64,000 bases of DNA from Candidatus Omnitrophota bacterium (lineage in GTDB: Bacteria > Omnitrophota > Gorgyraeia > Pluralincolimonadales > Pluralincolimonadaceae), in assembly GCA_041651455.1 (NCBI GenBank), contig JBAZJG010000001.1:146535-210534 (forward strand). The letters are read 5' to 3'. The translations under genes and the position numbers were made by a program. Below, piece by piece: positions 1-9,713 of the stretch (positions are counted from its first letter, which is position 1; each line of letters begins with the position of its first letter). Below the pieces are notes generated by a model. It did no database searches, was not told the origin of the DNA, and was given only the letters and a program-made list of their open reading frames with translations.

Positions 1-46
1 CATAGTAAAGTTTTCCGGGTTATTCCTGATACCGGTCATAACCTGG

Positions 47-1237
47 GTGTTATACATCTGCAGGAAGGAGAAAGCAATATTTACACGCTTCAAGTATGCG
101 TGGATATACCCTTCGGTAGTCGGAGCCGCCGCCGTGTTATTCGCTGTTATCCTGCTCTGCGGGTATGTTCGCAAGTCGACTGGTATGACATGGTGCGACG
201 AGTACGGGCTATGGGGAGGGATAGTGCAGAGCAGGATAGGCATTATTGCGGTATTGATCGGGGCCCTGTCATTATTTCTATCGGCGGTATTCAAAGTAAT
301 GAAGATCGGCGATGACATTAATTCATCGGCCATGATCGTTACCGCGTATTTCGTTCTCTTCGTAATGGTGTTCGGCTTTAGGTGGCTGGTTGACCCTTCC
401 CACCTGATATTGTCCTACGCGCCTCTCGGAGCGGTATCCACAGGATCCCCTTTTGCTGCCGCGATAGCGCAAAAAGGGCTTATCGCGGCTCTCTTTGATA
501 ATTTCGCGTATAAGGTGCGCATATTGGACCCTATTATTTTCTGGTTGTTCGTGATGTATATGGTCCTGGAATTAATATCCCTGCGTAACGGCGGTTGGTA
601 TACGGACAAACAATCGAAGAAGAGGATAGCGCTGCTTGTATTCTGCCTCCCCGCATTGTTGCTTATGGTATCTATGCTAAAGTTCGAAAAGCACCATATG
701 GTCCCATTCTTTGTCGTGATGAGCATCCTCTCCATGAAGGGGATATCAATGGCGTGGTCGTACGCCGTAAAGGCGAAATGGCTGAAGCCCGCCCTCGCCG
801 CCGTTTTTACGATACTGCTCGCGTATGATGTTTACGGTAACGCGGAGGTTACTGTCAGGGATTGCCTCGTCCGATCAAAACAGCAATATGATGTTTCGTA
901 TGAAGTCGATAAATGGCTCGAAGAGAACATCGATGAGGATGCTGTTATAGCCGCAGGGCATTATATCCATGTCTATATACCTCCGCGGTATAAGAACGTA
1001 AAGGTATTCGAAGGTTACGGCAAGGATAGCGTAAAGGAACTGCGGAACATCGTAAAGGTATATAAACCTTCTGCGATATACTACAATGCCGGACCGAGCG
1101 GGGCTGAACCGCTGCCATCAGTCGGGGAGATGTTGCCGGAGGTGAAAGTAAGGTTATTGAAGGAGTTTGACGGCTCGGGCAGGATGTACCAGCGCAAGCA
1201 GGGCGACAGGTTCCTTATATATGAAATCGTACGTTAA
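47..1237 (+). CDS. Polytopic membrane protein with C-terminal soluble domain. It may be the C-terminal portion of a GT-C-type glycosyltransferase. The frame is open to the window edge, so the gene may be 5'-truncated.
   Basis: GTG at 47. There is no in-frame stop between nt 2 and 47. Several hydrophobic helices are followed by a ~150-aa hydrophilic tail. Confidence 0.4.
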   Translation: MLYICRKEKAIFTRFKYAWIYPSVVGAAAVLFAVILLCGYVRKSTGMTWCDEYGLWGGIVQSRIGIIAVLIGALSLFLSAVFKVMKIGDDINSSAMIVTAYFVLFVMVFGFRWLVDPSHLILSYAPLGAVSTGSPFAAAIAQKGLIAALFDNFAYKVRILDPIIFWLFVMYMVLELISLRNGGWYTDKQSKKRIALLVFCLPALLLMVSMLKFEKHHMVPFFVVMSILSMKGISMAWSYAVKAKWLKPALAAVFTILLAYDVYGNAEVTVRDCLVRSKQQYDVSYEVDKWLEENIDEDAVIAAGHYIHVYIPPRYKNVKVFEGYGKDSVKELRNIVKVYKPSAIYYNAGPSGAEPLPSVGEMLPEVKVRLLKEFDGSGRMYQRKQGDRFLIYEIVR

Positions 1238-1249
1238 CGGGGGTAAAAA

Positions 1250-1966
1250 TTGAAAAAAAAGGATGCGGAAGTCGTCATACTGTGCGGCGGTATGGGCACG
1301 CGCATGAAAGAGGAGACGGAATACAGGCCCAAACCTATGGTCGAGATAGGCGGAAAACCGATCATCTGGCATATAATCAGGCACTATTCACAGTTCGGGT
1401 TCGACAGGTTCATACTGGCACTCGGGTATAAGGGCGACCAGATAAGGGAATATTTCTCAGGTGACGGGAACGTCGTCTGCGTCGAAACGGGGCTTAAGAC
1501 GCTGAAGGGCGGAAGGATAAAGAGATTGGAACCCTTCATCCAGGGTGAGCATTTCCATCTTACATACGGCGACGGGCTGAGCGATGTTGATATCGGCCGG
1601 CTTGAGGCGTTCCACAGGAAGCACGGCAAGATATGCACGGTCACGGCCGTCAGGCCGCCGTCCCGCTTCGGGGAGATGGTGATAAAAGGAAGCAAGGTCA
1701 AGGAGTTCGAGGAGAAACCGCAGCTTTCGACCGGCCATATAAACGGCGGATATTTCGTGTTCAAGAGGGAGATATTCGATTACCTGACGCCTTCGAAGGA
1801 CTGTGATTTCGAGTTCGGGCCGCTTCAGAAGCTGTCGAGGAAAGGGCAGATGATGGCATACCGGCATTACGGGTACTGGCAGTGCATGGATACGGTCAGG
1901 GACGCGGAGTACCTTAACAAGCTGTGGAAGTCGGGAGCCGCGCCGTGGAAGACATGGAAGAGATGA
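1250..1966 (+). CDS. rfbF: Glucose-1-phosphate cytidylyltransferase (CDP-glucose pyrophosphorylase)
   Basis: N-terminus VVILCGGMGTRMKEET...KPMVEIGGKPIIWHII is closely RfbF/DdhA-like. TTG start at 1250. Confidence 0.75.
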   Translation: MKKKDAEVVILCGGMGTRMKEETEYRPKPMVEIGGKPIIWHIIRHYSQFGFDRFILALGYKGDQIREYFSGDGNVVCVETGLKTLKGGRIKRLEPFIQGEHFHLTYGDGLSDVDIGRLEAFHRKHGKICTVTAVRPPSRFGEMVIKGSKVKEFEEKPQLSTGHINGGYFVFKREIFDYLTPSKDCDFEFGPLQKLSRKGQMMAYRHYGYWQCMDTVRDAEYLNKLWKSGAAPWKTWKR

Positions 1967-3021
1967 AAGAAAAACGTACGGTACTGGTGACCGGCAACGC
2001 CGGATATATAGGCACCGTCATGACGGGATATTTAAGGGACAGGTCGTACAAGGTGTACGGGCTGGATACATGCTATTTCTCGAACGACCTGCTTTATCCG
2101 GTGCCCGAGGGTTCGAGGCCCGACAGGCAGGCGGTAAAGGACATACGCGATGTTTGCGCTGCGGACCTTGAAGGCGTCGATGCGGTCGTGCACCTCGCCG
2201 CGTTATCGAACGACCCTCTCGGGGAGATAAACCCGGGGTTGACCGAAGAGGTAAATTTCAGGTCAACAATAAGGCTTGCGGGACTCTGCAAGGACGCCGG
2301 GGTAAAGAGGTTCATATTCGCCTCCTCATGCAGCATATACGGCATATCGGGTACAGACGCCCCGGTCGACGAGAAGGGGAAGCTCAATCCGGTAACGGCA
2401 TACGCAAAAGCGAAAGTACAGGCGGAGGAGGGCCTCTCCAAACTCGCGGGCGCTGATTTTCACCCCGTCTTCATGCGCAACGCCACGGTATACGGGCTGT
2501 CCCCGCGGCTAAGGCTGGACCTCGTGGTCAATAACCTGCTGGCCTGGGCATACCTTACGAAGGAAGTGGCGATAATGAGCGACGGCAAGCCGTGGAGGCC
2601 GATATTGCATATTGAGGATTTCTGCGCGGCGTTCGCGGCCGCGCTTGAAGCGCCGGAAGACAGGGTGCATAACGAGGCCTTCAACGTTGGGCAGGACTCG
2701 GAGAATTACCGGGTGAAGGATATCGCCGCCGAAGTGCAGAAAGCGGTGCCCGGATCGGAGGTAAGGATACTGAACAAGACAGGCGCGGACGAACGCAGTT
2801 ATAAGGTTGATTTCTCGAAAATAAATAGAGTGCTGCCGGAATTCAGGCCCCGTTGGGACCTTAAGGCCGGCATCGGGCAGCTCCTTGAGGCGTACGCAGG
2901 GTACGGGCTGACGCGCGAAGGGTTCGATTCCGAGAGATATTTCCGCATAAGGGCCATAAGGTCGCTGATGAAGGAAGGGAAGGTAGATAATAACCTGAAG
3001 ATAACGGGAGGTAAAAGATGA
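1954..3021 (+). CDS. NAD-dependent epimerase/dehydratase (extended SDR; CDP-sugar 4,6-dehydratase or epimerase class)
   Basis: TVLVTGNAGYIG Rossmann motif, SSCSIYG and a YxxxK motif. Alternative ATG at 1963 gives an ATGA overlap with the upstream stop. The track ORF starts at GTG 1924. Confidence 0.65.
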   Translation: MEEMKEKRTVLVTGNAGYIGTVMTGYLRDRSYKVYGLDTCYFSNDLLYPVPEGSRPDRQAVKDIRDVCAADLEGVDAVVHLAALSNDPLGEINPGLTEEVNFRSTIRLAGLCKDAGVKRFIFASSCSIYGISGTDAPVDEKGKLNPVTAYAKAKVQAEEGLSKLAGADFHPVFMRNATVYGLSPRLRLDLVVNNLLAWAYLTKEVAIMSDGKPWRPILHIEDFCAAFAAALEAPEDRVHNEAFNVGQDSENYRVKDIAAEVQKAVPGSEVRILNKTGADERSYKVDFSKINRVLPEFRPRWDLKAGIGQLLEAYAGYGLTREGFDSERYFRIRAIRSLMKEGKVDNNLKITGGKR

Positions 3022-3467
3022 TAGACGGCGTAAAGGTAATACCGCTTAAGAAGATATCGGACGAGAGGGGCACGATCATGCACATGCTGAAGAATACGGA
3101 CCCCCATTTCGAGCAGTTCGGCGAGGTATATTTCTCGACCGCTTATCCCGGCGTGATCAAGGGATGGCATGAGCATACGAAACAGGTCCAGTTCTACGCA
3201 GTCATAAAGGGGATGATCAAGCTCGTTATGTGCGACAACAGGCCGAAATCCCCCACATACAAGGAGCTGATGGAGGTCTGCATCGGTGACGATAATTACC
3301 AGCTTGTAAGGATACCTGCCGGCGTCATAAACGGATATAAGAACATCGGCACCGGCACCGTGATAGTTGCCAACTGCTCCACGCTGCCGCATGAGCCTAA
3401 TGAGATGCTCCGGTACGACCCTCACGGGGACAAGGTCCCTTACGAATGGAAAAGAATAGATAAGTAG
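3018..3467 (+). CDS. Small cupin-fold NDP-sugar epimerase/isomerase (RmlC/FdtA/WxcM-like)
   Basis: 149 aa. WHEHTKQVQFYAVIKG His-containing cupin core. GGAGG RBS. ATGA overlap with the upstream gene. Confidence 0.5.
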   Translation: MIDGVKVIPLKKISDERGTIMHMLKNTDPHFEQFGEVYFSTAYPGVIKGWHEHTKQVQFYAVIKGMIKLVMCDNRPKSPTYKELMEVCIGDDNYQLVRIPAGVINGYKNIGTGTVIVANCSTLPHEPNEMLRYDPHGDKVPYEWKRIDK

Positions 3468-3468
3468 G

Positions 3469-4368
3469 ATGCAGACCGTAGATTTTCTCGTTATAGGGGC
3501 GAACGGATTGGTGGGGAGGCGCGTCCTGTCATTGCTGAAGGCAAAAGGGGAAAGCGCGTCAGGTACATATAACAGGCGCGCCGAGGGCGGGCTCATTCCC
3601 TTTGATATAACGGATGGGGCATCGGCCAGGCGGATATTCAAGGACCTTGCGCCGAGACGGGTGTACCTTTGTGCTAACCTGCCAGGCGGAGTTGACTATT
3701 GCGAGAAAAACCCGGCGCAAGCCCGCAGGTTCTATTATGACGCGACCGTGAATATCGGTAACTTGTGCGGCGAGTCCGGCGCATCCCTAATATTCATCTC
3801 CACGGACTATGTATTTGACGGATCTAAGGGGCCTTATAAGGAGGAGGACGGAAAGAACCCCCTCAATCTTTACGGCCGGCTGAAGCTTGAGGCCGAGGAA
3901 TGGATCCGGAAAAACATGGAAAAGCACATAATAGCCAGGACAACAAATGTTTTCGGATGGGATCCGCAGACCGTAACGCCTAATTATGTAATGAACCTTT
4001 ACATGACTTTAAGGTCAAGCAAATTATTCAATGCGCCGTCATATCTATGGGGTAACCCGACGTACGCGGGGGACCTTGCAGCAGCGCTCATAGAACTGTC
4101 GGATTGTAATGCCTCGGGCATATTTCATGTGGTCGGCGGCAGTTTCGTGAACAGGTATGAGTGGGCTCTCGAGGCATGCAGGGCGCTGGAGCTGGATGCA
4201 GGGCTTATAAAAGAAGTCAAGGATCCCCCGCAGAACGCAGTTCCGCGCCCGTTAAAATCATGGCTTGGAACGGATAAATTCCGCGGCTCTTTCAAGACGG
4301 TATTGCATGGCATGAAGGAAGGCCTTGCTCTTATGAAGGAAGAGTCAGATAAGGACGATGGGAGATAA
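3469..4368 (+). CDS. RmlD-like NAD(P)H-dependent 4-keto-6-deoxyhexose reductase
   Basis: ISTDYVFDG...LNLYGRLKLEAEE matches the RmlD substrate-binding region. N-terminal GANGLVG Rossmann motif. Confidence 0.65.
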   Translation: MQTVDFLVIGANGLVGRRVLSLLKAKGESASGTYNRRAEGGLIPFDITDGASARRIFKDLAPRRVYLCANLPGGVDYCEKNPAQARRFYYDATVNIGNLCGESGASLIFISTDYVFDGSKGPYKEEDGKNPLNLYGRLKLEAEEWIRKNMEKHIIARTTNVFGWDPQTVTPNYVMNLYMTLRSSKLFNAPSYLWGNPTYAGDLAAALIELSDCNASGIFHVVGGSFVNRYEWALEACRALELDAGLIKEVKDPPQNAVPRPLKSWLGTDKFRGSFKTVLHGMKEGLALMKEESDKDDGR

Positions 4369-5263
4369 TTTGCCCCTATTCACGGTGGTCATCTCGACCT
4401 ATAACAGGAAGCACGTCCTGCCGCGCGCGATATCGAGCGTGCTGGGGCAGACGTGCGGGGATTTCGAGCTCATAGTGATAGACAATGGCTCCACGGACGG
4501 CACGGAGGCCGCCGTCAGCGCGATAAAAGACCCGAGGATAAAATACATCAGGAACCCAGAACCGACCTCATCCTGCGACGGGCCGCGCAACATGGGCATA
4601 GAAATGGCCAAAGGAAGCTACATCGCGTTCCTCGATGACGATGACATCTGGTATCCGCAGCGCCTCGAGAAAGTAAAAGAAGCGTTCGATAGCGACCCGG
4701 GAGTATCCGCCGTATGCCACAACGAGAACAGGAATTACAAGGGCAAAGTCGACAAGGTACTCGAGTACGGGCCTTGGTCCGATGATATATATGAGCGGTT
4801 GCTTTATGATGGCAACTGCCTCTCGTCCTGCGCGACGACCGTGAAGAAGGGTGTGTTCGACAGGTTGGGAGGTTTTGACCTGAGGCAGGAATACGCAGCT
4901 GCGGCGGACTACGATTTCTGGCTTCGGATGACGGGCAACGGAGCGAAGGTATGTTTCATTAAGGAACCCCTCGGCGAGTTTGGCTATACGGGTAAGAATT
5001 GGAGCTCGGCGGATCCAGCTTTCCAATCAAGGATAGCGGCGTTAATAAGGGACCATATCGTCAATCATGAGAACAAACCGGTAAGCGGCATATCAGATAA
5101 GGGTATGCTGCGGCTGATCAAATTGTACATCATAGCATCGAAGTCTTTTTTATCGGCATTCAGGATAACAGATGCGCTCAAATACCTGATGATGGCATCG
5201 CAGCTCACCGTTAAAAGACCTCATCTGATCGTAAAATTGCCGTCAGGGGGCGGGAGAAAATGA
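4358..5263 (+). CDS. Glycosyltransferase family 2
   Basis: VVISTYNRKHVL...LIVIDNGSTDGT...FLDDDDIWYP. GT-A fold with DxD. Confidence 0.7.
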   Translation: MGDNLPLFTVVISTYNRKHVLPRAISSVLGQTCGDFELIVIDNGSTDGTEAAVSAIKDPRIKYIRNPEPTSSCDGPRNMGIEMAKGSYIAFLDDDDIWYPQRLEKVKEAFDSDPGVSAVCHNENRNYKGKVDKVLEYGPWSDDIYERLLYDGNCLSSCATTVKKGVFDRLGGFDLRQEYAAAADYDFWLRMTGNGAKVCFIKEPLGEFGYTGKNWSSADPAFQSRIAALIRDHIVNHENKPVSGISDKGMLRLIKLYIIASKSFLSAFRITDALKYLMMASQLTVKRPHLIVKLPSGGGRK

Positions 5264-6408
5264 AGAAACGCATGGCTATCGCTATAATATCGTGCTGCGC
5301 AGTTATAGCGGTTGTTTTCCCGTTTGCGATGCTTGCAAACAAGTATACTGCATATTTCGCCTACAAGGAAATAACCTATAAGACTATGGCCGATAGTATA
5401 GCCGGCGGGCCGGGTGGGCCCGAAGAAGAAGCGACTCGCATCAGCAGTTATCTTCACCGGCACTTGTTCACGCCTTTCGGGGCTCAGGCTGTAGATAAAG
5501 ACACCTATAACGATATCATCAGGGGAATAGCCTATTGTGACCAGAAAGCCTGGGGGATGTCCGCTTTTCTCGCGAAACGTGGTATAGACAGCAGGATGGT
5601 GATGACGGTAAATCCCGACGGCCAGTCTAACCATACCATTTTGGAGGTCGATATAGAGGAAGGATGGAGATATTATGATCCTCAGTACTCCCTTGTTATA
5701 CGCGGGAAGGACGATGAGCTTGCGTCATACAGTGATATATGCAGGGAACCGTCGCTACTGGTCAATTCTCACAGGATGCGCCTGCTGAAGAAGGCTTGCC
5801 CTGCGGAGTACGGGATTATTAGCAAGTACCTGGAAAAGAACGTGTTCAATCCGGGAATCATAAAACCGATAGTATGGAACAGCTCCGCCAAAAGCAAGGG
5901 AGGCGCAGCACGCGTTTTGTCGCGAGTATTAGATGTTTATGTCACGATCTTCGGTAGTAAATTTTCCCGCCTCTACCAGGATGCATATCTGGGCGTATAT
6001 TCCGGAAAGGGCGGCCATAATGCCGATTATCTGCTCGCGAGAAATTACGATATCTATGGAAGATATGATAAAGCGGTTCATTATTACAGGAAGTTCATCA
6101 GGAATTCTTCTTCAGATGACGAAAGGTATCCCGCTATGTTGTTCCTTTCGATCGTATATACAAAAAAAGGGGATTATAAAGCCGCGATTGACACCCTCAA
6201 GGCTATGATAGAGGAGACGGGGTCATCGAAATGGGCGTCGTCCATATATTATTGGCTCGGTTATAATTATGAGGCCCGGAATGAAGCGGAAAAAGCCGCT
6301 GATTGTTACAGAATCTCCATCAGGGAACACGTGAAGTCGGGGAACCCTTCTGACGCGATAAAACTGCTCGAACTGGATTCATTCGAAAGGCTTGCGGAAT
6401 TGGAATGA
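5260..6408 (+). CDS. Membrane-anchored transglutaminase-like (papain-like Cys-His-Asp) domain protein with C-terminal TPR repeats
   Basis: N-terminal TM helix. GIAYCDQKAWGMSAFLAKRGI...SNHTILEV...YYDPQY is the transglutaminase-like core. The C-terminus is TPR-like (YYRKFI..., YNYEARNEAEKAADCY). Confidence 0.55.
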   Translation: MKKRMAIAIISCCAVIAVVFPFAMLANKYTAYFAYKEITYKTMADSIAGGPGGPEEEATRISSYLHRHLFTPFGAQAVDKDTYNDIIRGIAYCDQKAWGMSAFLAKRGIDSRMVMTVNPDGQSNHTILEVDIEEGWRYYDPQYSLVIRGKDDELASYSDICREPSLLVNSHRMRLLKKACPAEYGIISKYLEKNVFNPGIIKPIVWNSSAKSKGGAARVLSRVLDVYVTIFGSKFSRLYQDAYLGVYSGKGGHNADYLLARNYDIYGRYDKAVHYYRKFIRNSSSDDERYPAMLFLSIVYTKKGDYKAAIDTLKAMIEETGSSKWASSIYYWLGYNYEARNEAEKAADCYRISIREHVKSGNPSDAIKLLELDSFERLAELE

Positions 6409-8234
6409 AGATAAAACCGTTTATCGTATCTTCAATTATATACGCATCGGCCTCGCTATTATTGCTTGTTAATGTGGCGGCTGGAGAAGGATTATACGAG
6501 AGCTGGGACACGGCCAGGTATATAGCCATATATTTGCTTATCTCGATACTGTATTTTACGAAGATAAGGTATTCTCGCGGGGTAAATATCGCAGAAGGAA
6601 TTATATCTTCCGTAATATTCAGCCTGGGAGCGATGCTTATAAGGATGAACGGCGTATTGCTGGACCTGTCATCTCCGATGAAGATACAGAAGGTATATTT
6701 CCTGGTCATGCTGTTCTCATTCATATGCTTAGTGTATGTTTTATCAATGAAAAATGCAGCTGCCGCGATTCGGCGGGCGCGCGGACACGGCTTCTACCTG
6801 ACGTTCCATTATATAGCGCTTATCCCGTATGCCATATATGAGTTGTGCGTGCAGGGAGGGTTTCGCGGTTGTATTGTATTGGGCGCCGCGCTAGGTATTT
6901 CGGTGGCGACTATATATTTATTGCGTATCAGGCGCATTCGCGAAGCGATAAAAGGGATGGCTTATTACCTTTGGGATGCAAAACGGTTTCTTGTGATCGT
7001 ATTTATATTCGCTATTGCGGCCAGGGTCATGTTCGCGTTCCAGCTCACAAGGAACCTTCCGGAGGGCTTTATGGAAGGCCCGGACACGCAGGAGATCCAC
7101 GATGAATCCGTCGAGTTGTCGAGGAACTGGGATATACTAGACGGCAAGCCGGTCTTCCTTAACCAGAAGGGTTCCGCGATAATATTCTACGCCGTTATAT
7201 ATAAGGTATTCGGCGCGGACCCTCTCTATGGCCGGCTCGCGGATGCGCTCCTCAACGCGCTATGCGTTCTGATGGCGTTCTATATCGCGGATAAACTGTT
7301 CGGGCGCGCCGCCGCAAGGATAGCCGCGCTGCTCGGGGCAGGCTACGGATACCTGATACAGTACGGGGTGTATATTGGGACGGAATCGATCGGGCTCTTT
7401 TCGCTGATGCTGTTCGTGTGCGGGATCATAGCGGCGGGGGAGTCAGGAGGGATATCCTGCGGGATATCCTGCGGGATAAGGTCGCATGCGCTCGCGGCGG
7501 TATCGGGGCTTGGCCTTGCAATATGCGTAATGGCCAGGTCGGAGTATTATTATGCGATAGTGCCTTCGCTCATATGGGCCGCCTGGTCGTTAAGGAGGCA
7601 AAAAGCTGCCATAGCGTCGTTCATAGTGAGCTTCGGAGTACTGGCGGCCTTATGGTCATGGAGGAACATGATTGCGTTCGGCGATTTTACCATCTCGCAA
7701 CTGCTGAGCCCCGCGTTCAAGGATGAATGGATGGGGCAGCTCTGGCAGTTCGAGAAAGGCAGGTTCGCGGAGGCTGGCATAGCGGTAACAGGCGTGGGGA
7801 GTATGTTCGCGCAGCTGCTCCTGCATCCGGAGGCCGCGTTCGGAATATTGATGCCGCACATCGCAAAAGGATTCTATAACTTCTGGGATTACAACGTATT
7901 CTTCACGCCGGCATTTATATTCCTTGAGCCGAAGAACTCCTGTTATAATATGACGCTGTGTTTGTACCTGTACATGTTCATGCTGCTCGGGATGCTGATC
8001 AGGCCATGCAGGAGGGGGGCGTCTCTTTTTCTCGCGTTCATCATAATCTTCAAGACGGTAAGCTACATATTCACTACTACGCCGACGTTTTATGAGAACG
8101 GCGCCGTCACGGCGCTATTCAAGGACTGGTACCGTTTCACGATAATCCCGTTCACTCATGTGTTCATGGGGGCCGGGATAGCGTGGCTGATATCAAGGGC
8201 GCGTGACGCAAAAACAGGGAAGGCAAAAGCATGA
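6405..8234 (+). CDS. Polytopic membrane protein. The C-terminal ~400 aa are GT-C-like (ArnT/PMT_2 layout). There is an extra ~200-aa N-terminal membrane domain.
   Basis: Periplasmic-loop acidic motif (GPDTQEIHDESVEL) followed by YAVIYKVFGADPLYGRLADALLNALCVLMAFYIADKLFG, as in GT39/GT83. Many TM helices. ATGA overlap with the upstream gene. Confidence 0.5.
   Translation: MKIKPFIVSSIIYASASLLLLVNVAAGEGLYESWDTARYIAIYLLISILYFTKIRYSRGVNIAEGIISSVIFSLGAMLIRMNGVLLDLSSPMKIQKVYFLVMLFSFICLVYVLSMKNAAAAIRRARGHGFYLTFHYIALIPYAIYELCVQGGFRGCIVLGAALGISVATIYLLRIRRIREAIKGMAYYLWDAKRFLVIVFIFAIAARVMFAFQLTRNLPEGFMEGPDTQEIHDESVELSRNWDILDGKPVFLNQKGSAIIFYAVIYKVFGADPLYGRLADALLNALCVLMAFYIADKLFGRAAARIAALLGAGYGYLIQYGVYIGTESIGLFSLMLFVCGIIAAGESGGISCGISCGIRSHALAAVSGLGLAICVMARSEYYYAIVPSLIWAAWSLRRQKAAIASFIVSFGVLAALWSWRNMIAFGDFTISQLLSPAFKDEWMGQLWQFEKGRFAEAGIAVTGVGSMFAQLLLHPEAAFGILMPHIAKGFYNFWDYNVFFTPAFIFLEPKNSCYNMTLCLYLYMFMLLGMLIRPCRRGASLFLAFIIIFKTVSYIFTTTPTFYENGAVTALFKDWYRFTIIPFTHVFMGAGIAWLISRARDAKTGKAKA
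7449..7478 (+). repeat. Perfect tandem 12-nt repeat (GGGATATCCTGC x2.5) inside the CDS, encoding GISCGISCGI
   Basis: Seen directly in the sequence at 7449-7478. Confidence 0.9.
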
Positions 8235-9190
8235 TAAAAGGCAGCAGAGTATTCCTGACGGGCGGGGCGGGGTTCATCGGTTCAGCACTGATAGGTCGGC
8301 TTATCGAAAACAACAAGGTCACCGTATATGATAACCTGCACCGGGACGCGCTCAAGCATACGGGTCTCGCCGAACACCCGAACCTGAAGTTCGTTCACGG
8401 GGACGTGCTCGACGCGGCGAGCGTCGAGAGGAGCATCGGTGATTCGGATATCATAGTCCACCTCGCGGCTATCGCCGGGGTCGATACCGTGCTTTCGATG
8501 CCGGTCAGGACGATGGAGGTGGCGCTGATAGGCTCGTATAACATGCTGAAGGCATGCGCCGGCCGCAAGGGGATAAAGAGGTTCATAGATTTCTCTACGA
8601 GCGAGGTATACGGCGCGGTCGCGAGGGACGTCAAGGAAAGCGATGCGACCCCGGTCGGCGCCGTAGGCGAGCCGAGATGGACGTACGCGGTAAGCAAGCT
8701 TGCCGCCGAGCATCTTGCGTTCAGCTATTACATGCAGCAGAAGCTGCCCGCCGTATCCATAAGGCCCTTTAACATATTCGGGCCTATGCAGGTGGGCGTT
8801 GGCGCTATACATATATTCATCAAGAAGGCGTTGAGGGGGGAGCCGATAACGCTCAATAACGGCGGCGGACAGGTAAGGTCGTGGTGCTATATTGACGACA
8901 TTGCGGACGCTGTCCTTCTTTGTATGGAGAAGGAAGCCGCCGTCGGGCAGGCGTTCAATATAGGCAACCCGCAGAACACCGTCACGATAAAGGAACTCGC
9001 GGAGATGGTAAAGAAGGTTACCGGGTCTGCGAGCGGCATAGTGCCGGTCAACAACGACCGCGCCGAGGTCGAAGTAAGGATACCCGATATAGAAAAAGCG
9101 AAGAAACTCCTGGGTTTCATGCCTAAGGTCGGGCTCGAGGAAGGCTTGTCCAGGACCGTCGACTGGTACAGAAAAGAACAGAAGGGGTGA
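8231..9190 (+). CDS. NAD-dependent epimerase/dehydratase (extended SDR)
   Basis: [27 protein letters not shown] motifs. Confidence 0.65.
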   Translation: MIKGSRVFLTGGAGFIGSALIGRLIENNKVTVYDNLHRDALKHTGLAEHPNLKFVHGDVLDAASVERSIGDSDIIVHLAAIAGVDTVLSMPVRTMEVALIGSYNMLKACAGRKGIKRFIDFSTSEVYGAVARDVKESDATPVGAVGEPRWTYAVSKLAAEHLAFSYYMQQKLPAVSIRPFNIFGPMQVGVGAIHIFIKKALRGEPITLNNGGGQVRSWCYIDDIADAVLLCMEKEAAVGQAFNIGNPQNTVTIKELAEMVKKVTGSASGIVPVNNDRAEVEVRIPDIEKAKKLLGFMPKVGLEEGLSRTVDWYRKEQKG

Positions 9191-9194
9191 AGCG

Positions 9195-9713
9195 ATGAAA
9201 AGACCGGAATCCCACGGAAGCGGCGCATGCAAACGCTCGCAATTCGCGAAGATAGGCAAAGGAGTAGTGATCGAGAAAGGGGCGCTATTCTTCCATCCCG
9301 AGAATATCGAGATAGGGGATAACGTATATGTCGGGCATTACGCGATAATCAAGGGTTACTACAGGAACAGGATGAAGATAGGAAGCGGGACGTGGATAGG
9401 CCAGCAGGCGTTCCTGCACAGCGCTGGCGGCATCACGATCGGCAAAGGCGTGGGGATCGGACCGCATGTCCAGGTCCTGACATCGTCGCACGGAACCGGC
9501 GGCGCCGGGATCCCGGTAATGCGCAATAAGCTGGAATTCGAGCCTGTCATAATAGAGGACGGTTCGGATATCGGCACCGGGGCGGTCATACTGCCGGGAG
9601 TCAGGATCGGCAAGAACGCGATAATAGGCGCGGGAGCGGTGGTCACGAAGGATATCCCGGCATCATCGATCGCCGTCGGGAACCCGGCAAAGGTAATAAA
9701 GAAAAGGAAATGA
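9195..9713 (+). CDS. Hexapeptide-repeat (left-handed beta-helix) sugar O-/N-acetyltransferase
   Basis: Repeated [LIV]G hexapeptides: [47 protein letters not shown]. Confidence 0.7.
   Translation: MKRPESHGSGACKRSQFAKIGKGVVIEKGALFFHPENIEIGDNVYVGHYAIIKGYYRNRMKIGSGTWIGQQAFLHSAGGITIGKGVGIGPHVQVLTSSHGTGGAGIPVMRNKLEFEPVIIEDGSDIGTGAVILPGVRIGKNAIIGAGAVVTKDIPASSIAVGNPAKVIKKRK

Noticed and set aside
100-828. Small plus/minus ORFs (100-315, 415-735, 595-828) inside the first membrane-protein gene
   Set aside because: They are alternative-frame ORFs nested within a longer ORF whose hydrophobic periodicity is coherent. They have no RBS or motifs.
7449-7478. Possibility that the 12-nt tandem repeat is a CRISPR-like or regulatory array
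   Set aside because: There are only 2.5 units of 12 nt with no spacers, and the repeat is in frame within a CDS. It is not a CRISPR array.
8282-9259. 325-aa minus-strand ORF
   Set aside because: Antisense to the SDR epimerase and acetyltransferase. Those plus-strand genes carry clear catalytic motifs and this ORF has none.
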